From assembly GCA_016748015.1 (NCBI GenBank), contig JAAOMT010000512.1, positions 1,247,876-1,311,875 on the forward strand: 64,000 bases of DNA, read 5' to 3'. The translations under genes were made by a program, and so were the position numbers. Every line of letters starts with the position of its first letter. Positions within the stretch are counted from its first letter, which is position 1. The notes beneath the pieces are model-generated. The model did no database searches. It was not told the DNA's origin and was given only the letters and a program-made list of their open reading frames with translations. This document shows positions 1-12,419 of the stretch, piece after piece. The DNA is from Geosiphon pyriformis uo1. Its lineage: Eukaryota > Fungi > Glomeromycota.

Positions 1-167
1 ATGGTTAAGTTAATAATCAGGTTATTGATCAGGTCAATGATTAGGTCAATGGTCAGGTTATTGATCAGATCAATGATTACTATTTAAAAATAGTGTGGCT
101 AATTTATATGACATCAATGGCTAATACATGTGATAATTAATAAGAAGTATAAGTTTCAACTGTAACA
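1..167 (-). repeat. Partial 3' LTR of element C
   Basis: Homologous to ~38328-38494, ends in TAACA, adjacent to a purine tract on the - strand. Confidence 0.92.
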
Positions 168-184
168 TTATCCTTTCCAAAGAG
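168..184 (-). other. Polypurine tract of element C
   Basis: - strand ...TTTGGAAAGGATAA directly precedes the 3' LTR TGTTAC. Confidence 0.65.
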
Positions 185-189
185 ATTAA

Positions 190-829
190 GCTCTGGTAAA
201 ATCAAGCTATTTATAAGGTAATCTATTTAAAGGATTTTATCTAACTCAAAGCTAACTAGTTTGTTGAAGTTTTTTGTGGATAAAGTATATAATACTTAAG
301 GCGAAATGAGTTTTGTATTCAAGAGACCAAATATTTGTATTAGAGTTTTGGCTCTTCTAACAATAGTTAAAACTCTTGAAACATCTAATCATATAATGCC
401 CAAAATTTCTGCCTGTATCTCTGAAGTTGTTTTTTTCATGAGTTTCATATTCTCTATAATTTCATCAAGGCAACCATAGAGTTCTAATTGCCTTTTATAT
501 GACAAATTTTTTCTATAAGTAAAATTTCTTGAAGTGTTTTTCCAATTGTATTAAAAGGTGGGAATATAGCTGTTATTATACTTTCCAACAGATATTTATC
601 TATTTTACTACCAATTTTTTCTCTTCTAGTAGTAGTTTTCTTTGGTTTAATAACAGTATGTATTCCATTATTATCAGTTATAGTGGTTTGTTTTTCAATG
701 GTCAAAGTAGCATTTGGATAGTTTTTGATCCAATACTCATGGAGAATATAGAAAGCATTTTGAATGTTTTAATCCAGAAAATAATTGTTTATGTTGATTG
801 AAGATACCTCTGTTTTGGGAATAGTGCAT
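190..829 (-). pseudogene. ORF3 (post-integrase protein of unknown function), element C
   Basis: ATG at 829: MHYSQNRG...NIQNAFYILHEYWIKNYPNATLTIEKQ... then ...TIVRRAKTLIQIFG. Positional and motif similarity to ORF3 of A and B. Has stops and a frameshift; the end coordinate is approximate. Confidence 0.6.
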
Positions 830-835
830 TTATTT

Positions 836-2200
836 ATACTTGATTTTTGTTGATTATTTGAGTTGGTATTACTATAACAAGCAGCCAATTAGGTCATTTA
901 TGATATTGCTTGAGTTATGTACCATGAACAAGATGATCATTGAAGATTGTTCTGAATTGATCTTGAAAAATATAAGAACTATTGTTCAAAACTTTGTTGA
1001 CTATAAAAAGTCTTTTCTACTGGCTAGAAAATTTATTACCATAGACATTGTCTCTGTCTGAACAATATTTCAATACCAAGTTACCAACACTTAAAAAAAG
1101 TGTTTTATAGGTTTTTTTTTTCTTAAGCTTTTCTTGGAACTGTTTTATCTTTTCAAAAGCAATTATTCGTGCTTCTACTAAGGAGTTAAAAATGGTACCA
1201 AGTCTTTTTTGCAAAATGTTTTTGTAATTTCCTATTGTGATCTTTTCAAAGGATATTGTTTCAATATCAGTTTCTATTGGTAGTGTTGCCATGTGTTTGT
1301 AAAGCAGATAAAAAGATTTATAACTTGTTATGTCATGATTCACAGTTTTATAAGCAAACAAAGCTAAAGACAGTACTTTGTTCCATAAGTTTGTTTCTTC
1401 ACTGGTTTTGGCTAGGGTTTCACATAGTGTTCTATTAAAACGTTCTACTAGGCTATTTGTTTAGAAATGATAAGGAAAAAAAAGTTTATGATGTATTCCC
1501 ATTTTTCTACAAAGTTCTTCAACCAGTATACTGAGAAAAGCTCTTTCTCTATTAGATAAAAGTTCTTTGAAGCAGCCATGATGGCAAATGATATCTTTAT
1601 AAATGAAATTGGTTATTAAGACTGCTGTTTAGTCTAAAGTGGCTCTTGTTTTTACCCATTTTGTAAGATAGTTGGTAGCTGTAATAATGTATCTGTTGCC
1701 ATTAGGAGTTATTGTTAAAGGTCCAACAACATCTATACCAATTCTGTCAAATGGTTGACCAACAAAGATTGGATAGATATCTTCTTTGCGATTGAGTTTG
1801 CCTCTTCTTTGGTAGATGTCACAGGTTTTGATGTATTCAGCAATGTCTTTTCCCAAAGTAGGCCAATAATAACAAGCTAAAGATTTCTGAATTGTCTTTG
1901 TTTTTCCAAAGTGTCCAGCTAATAGGTCAGTATGCATGTTGTATATTACAATTTCTCTTTCTTCAAATCTGATGACTCTTTGGAAGTGGTCAGAATCTTT
2001 TCTGTTTCTTTTGTATAATTGGTTTTGGCAGATCAAATAGAAATTTGATTGTTTTCACAAATGTTCTCTTTGCTGTTGAGTGTATTCTGGTGGTTATTGT
2101 TTTTTACCCAAAAATTTTATTAAGACAGAGTAGTTGTCCAAGTTTATTATTGTGTTTGTTTGTGAAGGAGTTACTAATAATTAAGTTGGTTTGGTTTAAG
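836..2200 (-). pseudogene. pol: Integrase of element C (HHCC, core, GPY/F module)
   Basis: GHFGKTKT...YYWP...CDI, PFDRIGIDVVGPL, LVERFNRTL, LFAYKTV, C-terminal FSVGNLVL. Confidence 0.9.
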
Positions 2201-2219
2201 AGGTTGTACTATTACTGGA

Positions 2220-2452
2220 TAGTAAGTCTAGAGAGAATGTCAGCATTTTGATGATTTGCTTCTTTATGGTGTTGAATATTATAGTCGAATTCATCCAAGT
2301 GAAGTATCCAGTGAGTTATTCATTTGTGTTCCAGCTTTTTTTTATTGTGCAGCCAAACCAAAGCTTAATGATCTGTTACTACTAAGAATTTTGCACCAAA
2401 AAAATATTGATCCCAGTAGCTAGTAGCCCAAACTACTGCTAGACATTCTTGT
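2220..2452 (-). pseudogene. pol: RNase H C-terminal part, element C (split by A1)
   Basis: ECLAVVWAT...FLVVTDH...WILHLDEFDYNIQHHK...HQNADILSR. Confidence 0.85.
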
Positions 2453-3411
2453 TGTTACCAGAGGTTTTTGGTCTCTTTTCTTAAATGTTGTAACTGTCTG
2501 TTGGTTGCAAATTCACGTTTTCTAGAAGTAGTTGAATTTCCAATAACTGAATTTATCTTCAAATTATCTCCTATAATTTGAACTGCTGGGCTTATAAGTG
2601 GAATGGCCAATTCCGTGCCAGTTACTTTGCATAGTTACATTGTAGTAAATACCAATTCTTTTTCAGGAATTGCTTGTCTGGAAGCTCACTAAAAATATGT
2701 AGTTACTTTTCTGTGAAAGTCAACTCTTCTATAGAAATCTCATCTGTAGGCTATCTTAATGATTACAGTAAGAAAATAAAAGAAAATAAAAGAAATGTAA
2801 AAGAAATTGAATTTTGTCAAGGGAACCAGGCCTGGAGTCACTAACAGTTTACTGAAATTGGTAACTAATCAATTTCAAAATGTTAGTTGGAGTTTTGGGA
2901 ATTTTTCAAGTGCAATAATTAAAAGATTTGGTTTTTCGAATTATTTGATATTTATTTCTTTTTGTGTGTATAGAAATGGTTCTAGTGATAAATCTAAAGT
3001 AAGATACATTTTCTTGAAGAGAAAAGCTCTTCTTTTATACAACTTGTTGTAGTACTAGTTTATGAACTTGCACTTTTTCTCTTTGCTCGAATTTTGGCAA
3101 ACTAAAGATACATTTTGATGAACTACAAGTTATTTTTACTGAACTATTGATTAATTTGGGTGAACTATTCATAATTTCGGCGAATTTCTGTAAATTTTGG
3201 CGAATTTTAGAATGTTACAAAGTTCAGAGTATTGTGTAATTTGATCATCCTACTTCTGTTATATTAATTAGATTATTTTAATTAAATTGTAATATGTGAT
3301 AATTGATTAAATAATAAATGATAATTTGAAATGATATTAATATACTAATTAATTATAGAAATTATAAGGGTAATTTTATGCTAATTAATAGCTAAAATTC
3401 TACTGGTAACA
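2453..3411 (-). repeat. 3' LTR of A1 (family A)
   Basis: Terminal inverted repeats TGTTACCAG/CTGGTAACA; PPT adjacent. Confidence 0.95.
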
Positions 3412-3425
3412 TAATCTCCTCCTCA
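3412..3425 (-). other. Polypurine tract of A1
   Basis: - strand GAGGAGGAGATTA then TGTTACCAG. Confidence 0.85.
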
Positions 3426-3429
3426 AGAC

Positions 3430-4099
3430 TGAGTTTCATCAAAGTTCAAGCATTATCTGTAATATTAAAATAGTGATCCAAAATAATTGAAGTAATCTGG
3501 TCTGAAAATTGTTAAAATTTCAGTTCTGTGAGTTTGCCAATGTATTGGACTTTCATTGGTTGCAGTATTGAATTTTGTAGAATATTTTCACAAGTATTAA
3601 ACAAATTATAGAGTCTAAAAGCTGCTCTAAGTTTGTAGTGAGTGTTTGTTGATCCAGCTGCTGTTTTGAATTCATTGTAGATTTGTTTTTGTATAGCTTC
3701 AGGAGTGAGATTTGTTGCTTCAAGTTCCAGTTTTCGTTCATAAAGTGTCTTTCCAATGTAAAAGTATTTATAGATAGGAGTGTGTTCATTGTTCTGTTCA
3801 TTGAAAAGTAGTAGAAGTTTATGTTACATTATAGTATTTGGTGGAATGTCAATAGGGGCAATTAAAAGATTTTCTTCCAGTGCTTGCTTCAAAAGTCTTG
3901 GTAACCTATTTTTAGAGTGACTTCTTGTTTTTCTTCTATAGGAGTGATAGTTCTGTAAATAATTTGCTATTGGGGCTGTGGTTTTTTTCTGAATGTAATT
4001 AATTTGACTTCCATTAATTATTATGGATAAGTCAGGAAGTATTTTCAAGACTAACATTAACTTTTGGGATATTTGTTGAATATTTCGGGGAATAATCAT
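3430..4099 (-). pseudogene. ORF3 of A1 (~215 aa, unknown function)
   Basis: MIIPRNIQQ... reads in one frame through CAA>TAA stops to ...YFYIGKTLYERK...IQKQIYNEF...AFRLYNLF...IGKLTE. Homolog present in A2. Confidence 0.8.
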
Positions 4100-4289
4100 G
4101 ATAAAATTGACTAATTATGAAAAGAAAGAATAAAGAAAATTATTTTTGAATATGGGATTTTTATTTGTTTTTGGGTTTTGGGTGTTTTTGTAATTATTTA
4201 CTATTTTTGTCTTTGTGTTTTTATTAGAGAATTAAAATTTAAGTGTTTAAGTTTGGTTGTTGTTCTATTATAATTATTGGTTCTAAATT

Positions 4290-5560
4290 TCAGGGAATAT
4301 CTTCAGGATTAATTAAAGAGGAATGTGTACCAATTTGTGGAATTAATGTTTTAGGATTGTTTCTGGAATAATAATGTTTCAATCTGTCTCCATGTACAAC
4401 TTTTGCTAGTATTTTGTCATCAAGTCTTAACTTGTATAATCTATTGCCTAGAATTTTGTATATATAAAATGGTCCATCCCATTTGTTTTCAAATTTCCCA
4501 CTCCATTGTTTTTCAGCCTTAGTTCTGTGTAAGAGAACTTTATTTCTAACTTTAAATTCATTGGTAATAGGTGGTAATTTGTTGTCATGTTTTTCTTTTT
4601 GTTGAACTTGGGAATGTTCAATATAAGTTGCTGCTATTCTTTTTTTTTCTTCCAGTGTACTAAGAAAAGTGTAGGGCCTTCTTTGGAGTGTTTCTTGAAA
4701 GTTTTCTTCATTGATTGGTTGCACTGGGTATGTTTCCACTATGAAATTAATTGGTAATGTTGCTGTCTTTCCATAAATAAGATCAAATAGTGTGTGTTTC
4801 ATAGTATTTTGTTTTAGCATTCTGTATACTAGTAACACTGATAGAATAAAAATATCCCATTCCTGCTCAAAGTCTGTTGAGACTTTGGCTAGAGATTCAC
4901 ACAATGTTCTGTTGAAATGTTCTATAAGTCTATTTGTTTGAGAGTAATAAGATGATAATAGAGGTCTTTTGACATTGAACCATTCACAAATTTCTTGTAT
5001 CAAGTTGTTCACAAAATGTGTTTTTTGATCAGATAAAAGTTTAATTGGGCATCCATGTCTACAAATAATGTCTTCATAGATGAAATTTGCTACTGATTTT
5101 GCATCTGCTCTTTGGATGGCTCTAGCTTCAAGCCATTTGGTAAGATAATCTAGTGAAACTGCAATATAGCAATTTCCTTGAATTGTGATAGGTAATGGTC
5201 CGACTAAATTAATTCCAACTCTGTCAAAAGATTGTCCAACTTTGATTGGATTTAAAGGTTCTGTGGGGTGAGTTCTTTCTCTTCTTTGATAACTATCACA
5301 AGATTTTACATATTGTCGAATGTTTTTTTGCATGTGAGGCCAAAAATAATGTTCAAGAGTTCTTTGAATTGTTTCATCTCTTTCCAAGTGTGCTGAAGAT
5401 AGATCTGTGTGCATATTGTATAAAATTGTTTCTTTTTCATTCTCTTGTACTAATCTGAGTAGTTGGTTTGGGTTTCTGTGATTTTTATAATAGATTTTGT
5501 TCTAGTGTATGAAATATTGTTTTGATTGGTGTTGTAAAAAATGTTTTTTACTTGGAAACC
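4290..5560 (-). pseudogene. pol: Integrase of A1
   Basis: H..H, YFWP, CDS, FDRVGINLVGPL, LLSDQ, IEHFNRTL, KWDGPFYI, HGDRLK; no chromodomain. Confidence 0.95.
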
Positions 5561-5699
5561 AGTTTTCTGACATGGTAAGAGTCCAAATAATTTTTAAAAT
5601 TGCTGTAATTTCTGAAATCCATTTTTGTTTGGTTATTTTGTTGGTAGGTTGGTAAGTTATAGTGAAATTTGTTGTTGGTATTAATCTTGTCTCATTCTT

Positions 5700-7000
5700 G
5701 AGAGGCTATCAACATTGGTATGTAGTTTTTTTGGTTTGTGGTATACAATATATCTGTAGTCTGCTAGGAAGTCATTCCATCAAGACTGTTTGGCACTTTG
5801 TTCAGTTTTTTTTTTATTGAGCCATTTGAGGCCAATATTGTTCGTTATTATGTTAAATTCTTTTCCATTCTTCAAATATTGTTGAAAATGTTTAAGAGTT
5901 CAGATGACTGCGGCAGCTTCTAATTCAGTTGAGCCATATTTTAGTTCTGTTGGTTTGAGTGTTCTACTAGCATAGGCAATAATTTATTCTTGCCTATTTT
6001 CATCTAATTGTAATAAAATAGCACTGAATGCTATGTGTAAAGCATCAGTGGCTAGTTGAAATTGTTTATTGAAGTTTGGGTATACAAGAACTGGAGCTGT
6101 TGTCAATCTTGTTTTGAGAGTTTCAAAAGCTTTCTGTTGTTTTTCTGTCCATTTGTATGACACATTTTTGTTAATAAGATAATTGAGTGGTTTGGCAATT
6201 TCTGAGAATTCTTTGATGAATTTCTGATAATAGGAGGCTAATCTTACAAATCCTTATAGCTCTGTAGTATTTTTGGGAGTTTGGAAGTTTTTGACAGCAC
6301 TGATTGTTCTAGGATTTGGTTTGACTCCATCTTTGCTAACAATGTGTCCGAGAAAGATTAAGCTTGTTTTTCCAAAGTGACATTTTTCAATGTTTAACTT
6401 CAATCCTGCTTTCCATAATTATTGAAAAACTTCTCACAGGTAGATAAGATGAGTCTCAAAGCTTGGTAAATATACATTAGTGTTATCAAGATAGACAACT
6501 ACTGATTGCCACAAGAGTCCTTCATATACAACATCTATGAGTCACTGGAATGTTGCTGGTGCATTGCAGAATCCAAAAGGCATAACATTGAATTCATAGT
6601 TTCCTCTCTGGATGGTAAATGCTGTTTTGGGTTGGTTTTTTGGGTCCATTTCGACTTGCCAGTATCCACTTTCCAAGTCTAAAGTTGAGAAAAACTTGGC
6701 TTTTCCTAGAGCATCTAGCATGTCATCAATTCTTAGAAGAGGGTAGGCATCTCCAATTGTCACACTGTTCAATTGGTGATAGTCAACACAAAATCTGATT
6801 TTTCCATTTTTTTTTTAACAAAGACTACTGGTGAGGCCCAAAGACTTCTTGATGGTTGAATCAATCCGTTATTGAGCATTCTCTGAACTTCTTTTCTGAT
6901 AAATTGGTGGCTGGCAAGTGGCACTTTGTAAGCTTGCTGATGTTTTGGTAGAGCATCTTCTGTATGGATTTGATGTTAAACCATATCCATTTTTCCCAGT
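5700..7000 (-). pseudogene. pol: Reverse transcriptase + RNase H of A1
   Basis: FSTLDLESGYWQV, KTAF, VMPFGFCNAPATFQ, VYLDN (YLDD decayed), LATDA, AYASRTL. Confidence 0.95.
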
Positions 7001-7524
7001 TCATTGTTGTCTTTTGCAAATATATCTGCAAATTCAGCTATCAATTGTTTTAATTGTCTTTGTTGTTGAGGTTCTAAGAGACCCATGTTGATTCAAGAGA
7101 GTTTTTCTTCCAAAAAGTGGTAGTTTTCAGTAGTGAAAATGATATTTGGATTTGGGAGTAGAGTGTGTCTTACAATTTCGATGAAATTAAAGACAATTTG
7201 AGAGTTTTTATCTTGAAAAATATTGCTGTGTATGATTCCAATCTCCAGTTTGTTTAATAAAACAATAGGGTAATTATTGGGGTTGTAGAATATAACTCGA
7301 AATTTTTTCATTTTTTTGGGAATATAAACGTTTGGAATTGAGATTTCATGCTTTAAATAGATTTGTTTATTAGATTTAAAGATTTGTTGTGTAGTGGTGG
7401 GTTTTGAGCAAGTGTAAATTTCGTGATGTTCTCCAAAAAGTAAAATGGTAATTGGCTGGGGAAGTTGAAGAATCTGGTAAGATTCATTTTGTGTATTAAG
7501 AGCTATGTTTACTGGAACTGTAAA

Positions 7525-7950
7525 TCATCTAGTTGAACCAAAACCTTGAGTTCCTCTTTCACTTTTTTCCAATTGTTCTCTGTTGTTAACTGATTGTAGA
7601 TCCGAAATATTGATTAAGGATAAGTAAATTGCATGAGCAATTTTTTCAGCATGTTCAATCTTGAATGGTTTGTCTGTTTTATTCTGCAGCATGATGGTAA
7701 TGTCTCCAGTGTATCCTGTATCTATAACTCCTTCTCTAATATTGATTCCTTTGCTTGCCAATAATGATCTGGATGCAATTTGAACCATTGCTCCAGGTGG
7801 AATTTCAAGAGTGATTTTGAGATTGATTTTTGTCAAGGACTTTGGTTGGAGAACCAAAGTATTTTTTCCTGGATATCTTAGGTCATATCCAGCATTAATT
7901 TCGTGTGCTTTTTCTGGTCTGATTCCTTGGCCATGGTTGTCAAAGTATTT
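7525..7950 (-). pseudogene. dut: Trimeric dUTPase domain within pol of A1
   Basis: Motifs I-V: AGYDL, ASRS, GVIDTGYTGDI, IAHAI (IAQ), RGTQGFGST. Confidence 0.95.
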
Positions 7951-8039
7951 AAGTTGTAGAGGTGGTTGCTTTTCAAAAAAATAGATGGGAGTGGTTGGTA
8001 GTTCTTTTACCAGTTTAGATACTCCAAATTTGATTTCAT

Positions 8040-8830
8040 TTTCATCATTTTCATTTGGCAGAGGAATGCTAAGAGCATAACATTCTAAACACCATTGGTC
8101 ATCACAAGACATAACACATTCTTTACACAATTGAATGTTCATTTGCACTAATCATTGAATTTGAGCTTTTTTGGTCGGATATGTGTGGCTTGCAATTTGG
8201 TGGTAGGTTTTTACTTCATCTTTATAATCAAATCCAGCTAATTCCATGGTATACTTAATGTATTCAGCTTCTTTTATTTGGTAGACATCTTCTTGGATGG
8301 CTCCATTGATCAATGCCATTGCTAGGTCAAAAATCATTTTAGCATCATAAGGATAGTGGTAAAGTTTATTGAGAGCACTCTTGTATACTGCATCAAATAG
8401 TGTTTCTTTTCTGACTTTTTCCGAAATTGATAGAGCATATTGACAGATCTGATCACATACTCTTTCTCTCATTGTTACATCAATCCAATTGCATTCTTCT
8501 GGTAGCCTTTCTCCACAAGTAAGACAAGGAGTTTTGTCTCATTTTCTACTTTTCTTTGGGGATCCAAATCGTTCTCTATGGCATGCCTTGCAGAAGTAAC
8601 AAGTGTGAGTTTCGTATTCCTCTTCTGGGGAGATACAGGCTCCCATAGATGAAAGCTTTTTTTTGCAATCTTTGCATTTTAGTGGAATGTATGGTGGTTC
8701 TTTTTGTGGTTCTGGTATAGAATATCTAACTTTCTTCCATCCCCTTGATTCTTCAAAAATCTCTTGTTCTGTTTTCTCAGCCCAATTGGATGGTGATCCA
8801 AAAGCCATATAGGTTTTAGTGAGTGGCATT
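8040..8830 (-). pseudogene. Cys-rich (multi-CxxC) insert between protease and dUTPase, A1
   Basis: CKDC, CKAC, CLTC, CDQIC, CKEC...CLEC, in frame with pol. Confidence 0.75.
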
Positions 8831-8870
8831 TCTTTTTTTTTTCAAATTCAAATACTAGAGCTTTTTCTGA

Positions 8871-9251
8871 TTATTTGTTAAAAATACTACAGGTTGCAGA
8901 TACTATAGTATATTGTCCTTGGTATGAGATTTTAAGTTCTTGAGTTTCCCAGTTCAGGTTTGCATTGGCCTTAAGAAGCCAATCATTTCTGACTAGAGCT
9001 TGGTATTGGGGTGCATTCATAACAAGAACTTTAACTGGAATGGTGATTCTATCAATTGTAAAGGGGAAATCATCAATTTCTCCTACTGGAGTCTTCTTTA
9101 TACTATCAGCTGTGACAATAACTGTTTGAGCTAGTCTGTCTACATTTCGTTTGAGTTGTTGCATTAGCTGATAAGTGATGATACTTCCAGCCAATCTATT
9201 ATCTAAGATTAAGCAAATGGGTTTTTCTTCCACTATAGCTTCTGTATACAT
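8871..9251 (-). pseudogene. pol: Retropepsin aspartic protease of A1
   Basis: LILDNR (DSG decayed), flap IVTADS, ALVRNDWL (LIGxDWL). Confidence 0.9.
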
Positions 9252-9259
9252 AGCAGTAA

Positions 9260-10549
9260 TTGCTTTCTGTTCATTGACTGCTGCATTACTAAGCAGAAAT
9301 GGTGATTTATTTGCTTCAAATTCAAATAGAAATATATCTGACAGATTAGCATTTTGGGCAATTTGAGCTGGTGAAATGATGTGGTTGGAAGAGTTTGATC
9401 TTGGTGCTGCAACTTTATCTTCAGAAAGTGTAGGTTGTTGAAAATCCGATTCCTTTGGTATTGTAAGATAATTGGGTTGAGTATGATAGTGATTGGATCT
9501 TTGTTAACCAGAATTTCGGGAAACCAACTGGTTATTTGGATTAATTCTGTTGTTGTTATTCTGAAATTGATTTTGGGGTGTGAATTGGTTATGTTGAACC
9601 AATCTTCTTGCTGGTACTTGATATTGTTGAATGGGTGGTGTCTGATATTGCTGAATTGGTAAAGGTTGCTAATATTGTTGTTAAATTGGTTGTGAAGCTG
9701 GTTAATAATAGCTGTTTTAAATTTGTGGTCTCAGTGAATAATAAGTTGGTGGTAGGAGTTGGTAATAAAATTGTTATGGTAAAGAGTAACATTGATTACT
9801 CCTGTTTGTTGGTCTCTTTGTAGTTTCCTGCAATCTTGTTTCCAGTGTCCTGGAATTCCACAATAGTGACAATTTTGAGGTTGGTTGTTGGATGGTAATC
9901 CAAAATTGTTTTGGTTGTATCATTGTGGGAGTTGATATCTTTGTGGTTGTTATTGCTGTTGTTGTTGGTTTGTGAAGTAGCTTTCAACCTTTTTTGTGAG
10001 TTGGTCTATCTTCTTTTCAGCTGCTGAGCTGATTTCTCCAATTGCAAGATTTACAAGCTTGGTGTGATTTGCTTCTTCTATTGCTATTTTATAGCTCTTT
10101 GCATGTCTAATAGCAGTTGCTAAGTCTACTAGAACATGTGGACAGACTTTTTTAATCAGTTTGTCTTTTAATCCTGCTATAAACTAATCCAGAATTTGAG
10201 CATCAGAATAGTAGTCATTGGTTTCCAATTGTCGGATTCATCTGAGAAGTTTGTTAAATCTTCCAAGATAGGTCATAACAGTTTCAGATGTTTCTTGTTT
10301 GATATTGTGAAAGCAGTTTCTAAGAGTAATAGAGATATTGTTGTCAGTGAATTGTTGTAGAAAAGCATCTTTGAATGCTTGCCAGTTTTCAAATGGTTCT
10401 TCTAAATTTTCAAACCATTCTTCTGCTGTTCCTTGGAGAAAGTAGAGAATTGCTTTAAGCATTCTTGCTGCAATCCAACCATTTGCATCTCCTGCTTTTT
10501 GAACTTTGTTGAGTTATTCTTAAGAACTGATATTATTATCTTCACCCGT
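9260..10549 (-). pseudogene. gag: gag capsid, CCHC knuckle and Q/N/P-rich linker of A1
   Basis: YFLQGTAEEWF...FKDAFLQQF..., CHYCGIPGHWKQDC. Confidence 0.88.
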
Positions 10550-11531
10550 TGTTACCAGAGGTTTTTGGTCTCTTTTCTTGAATGTTGTTAATGTTGATTT
10601 GCTGTGAATTCACGTTTTCTGGATGTAATTGAACCTCCAGTAACTGAATTTATCTTCAAATTATCTCCTATAATTTGAACTGCTGGGCTTATAAGTGGAA
10701 TGGTCAATTCTGTGCCAGTTACTTGTGTAGTTACATTGTAGTAAACATCAACTCTTTTCCAAGAAATGCTCATCTAGAAGCTTATTAAAATATGTAGTTA
10801 CTTTACTGTGAAAGTCAACTTTTCTACAGGAATTCTCATCTGTAGACTACCCAAATGATTTATAATAAGAAAAGAAAGAGAATAAAAGAAATGTAAAAGA
10901 AAAGTAAAACTGATGATTTATGGAAGTCGTTTTGGATCCAGGCCTGAAAGTGCTTTAACAGTTTACTGAAATTGGTAGCTAGTCAATTTCAAACTGTTGA
11001 TAGGAATTGGTTAATTTTAAGGGAAATAATTAAGAATTTGGCTTTTCGAATTTATTTAATATTTATTTTGTTTTGTATATAAAGAATGATTCTAATTGTT
11101 AAATCTGAAGTAAGATACATTTTCTCGAAGAGAGAAGCTCTTCTTTTATACAACTTGTCATAACACTATTCTATGAACTTGAACTTTGCTATTTTCTTCA
11201 ATTTCGCTGAACTAGAGATATATTTTAGCAAATTACAAGTTATTTTTGTGAACTATTAGATATTTTGGTGAACTATCAATTATTTCGGCAAATTTCTACA
11301 AATTTTGGCGAACTTTTTAAATGTTACATAGTTCGGAGTATTGCATGATTGATCATCACAATTAGGTTACATTTATGTTATATACAAATTGGGTTATTAA
11401 TTAAATGATAATTTCAGACATTTTGCTAATATAATAAGTGATAATTTGAAACAATAATATATGCTAATTAATGATAGGAATTATAAAGATAATTTTATTC
11501 TAAATAATATCTCTAATTTTGTCTGGTAACA
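10550..11531 (-). repeat. 3' LTR of A2
   Basis: TGTTACCAG...CTGGTAACA; PPT GAGGAGGAGGTTA at 11532-11545. Confidence 0.95.
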
Positions 11532-11549
11532 TAACCTCCTCCTCAAGAC

Positions 11550-12219
11550 TGAGCTCTGTCGAAGTCCAAGTACCATCTGTAATTTCCAGATAGTAATTCA
11601 AAATTATTGAAGAAATTTGGTCTGAAAATTGTTGAAATTTCAGTTCTGTGAGCTTTCCAATGTATTAAATCTTCAAAGGTTGTAAAATTGGGTTTTGTAG
11701 AACATGTTCACAGGTATGGAATAGGTTATAAAGTCTAAGAGCAGCTCTTAGTTTATAGCGACTGTTTGTAGGTCCAGCTGTTGTTTTGAATTTATTGTAA
11801 AGTTGTTTCTGAATAGCTTCTTTTGTGAGGTTTGTTGCTGTAAGCTCCTATTTTCGTTTGTGAAGTGTTTTTCCAATGTAAAAATATCTATATATTGGAG
11901 TATAGTCATGGTTTTCTTTATTAAGACACAGTTGAAGTTTTTGTTGAATAGTAGCATTTGGTGGAATACTAATAGGAGTGAACATTAAATTTTCTTTTAA
12001 AGCAAGCTTCAAAAGTTCTGGTAGATGAATTCCAGAATAACTTCTTGTGTTCTTTTTGTAGAAGTAATAATTTCATGAATTTGGGGCTAAATTGGCAACT
12101 ATTTTTGTTTGAGTATAATTAATATGTTTTTCTGTAATAGTAATAGATAATTCGGGTATTGTCTTTAAAGCTGACATTAGTTTCTGGGATAATTGTTGAA
12201 TGTTTTGAGGAATAATCAT
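11550..12219 (-). pseudogene. ORF3 of A2
   Basis: MIIPQNIQQLSQKL..., colinear with A1 ORF3. Confidence 0.8.
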
Positions 12220-12419
12220 TATAAAAATTTTGAGTAAGAGAAAAAAATAGATTGAAATTATTTTTGGTATGTGGGTTTTTATGTTATTTTTGTCTTTCAG
12301 TGTGTTTTGTTTTGTTTTGTTTTTGTGAAATTATTTTTAATTTATAAGGGAATAACTATAGTAAATTTAAATTAAGTATTCAAGTTGGGAGGTTGTTCAA
12401 TAACAACTATTGGTTCTAA

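Noticed and set aside
529-1061. Short + strand ORFs here and similar antisense ORFs across the window
   Set aside because: Shadow frames of A/C-rich retroelement coding strands with no recognisable motifs.
3824-3826. Alternative genetic code (TAA=Gln, TGA=Trp) suggested by in-frame stops
   Set aside because: Stops fall at different positions in homologous copies, co-occur with frameshifts and decayed catalytic motifs, and fit C>T/G>A decay.
3430-4099. ORF3 as an envelope gene
   Set aside because: Short, with no signal peptide, transmembrane helix or furin/fusion pattern visible.
4290-4500. Chromodomain at the integrase C-terminus
   Set aside because: Integrase ends shortly after the GPY/F module; no chromodomain motif.
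7525-8148. Host or phage dut gene
   Set aside because: It is in frame within pol and present at the same position in four element copies.
10588-10773. LTR-encoded peptide MSISWKRVDV... (also 20459-20644)
   Set aside because: It recurs only because the LTR is repeated; other copies have stops or lack the ATG, and it is out of frame with gag.
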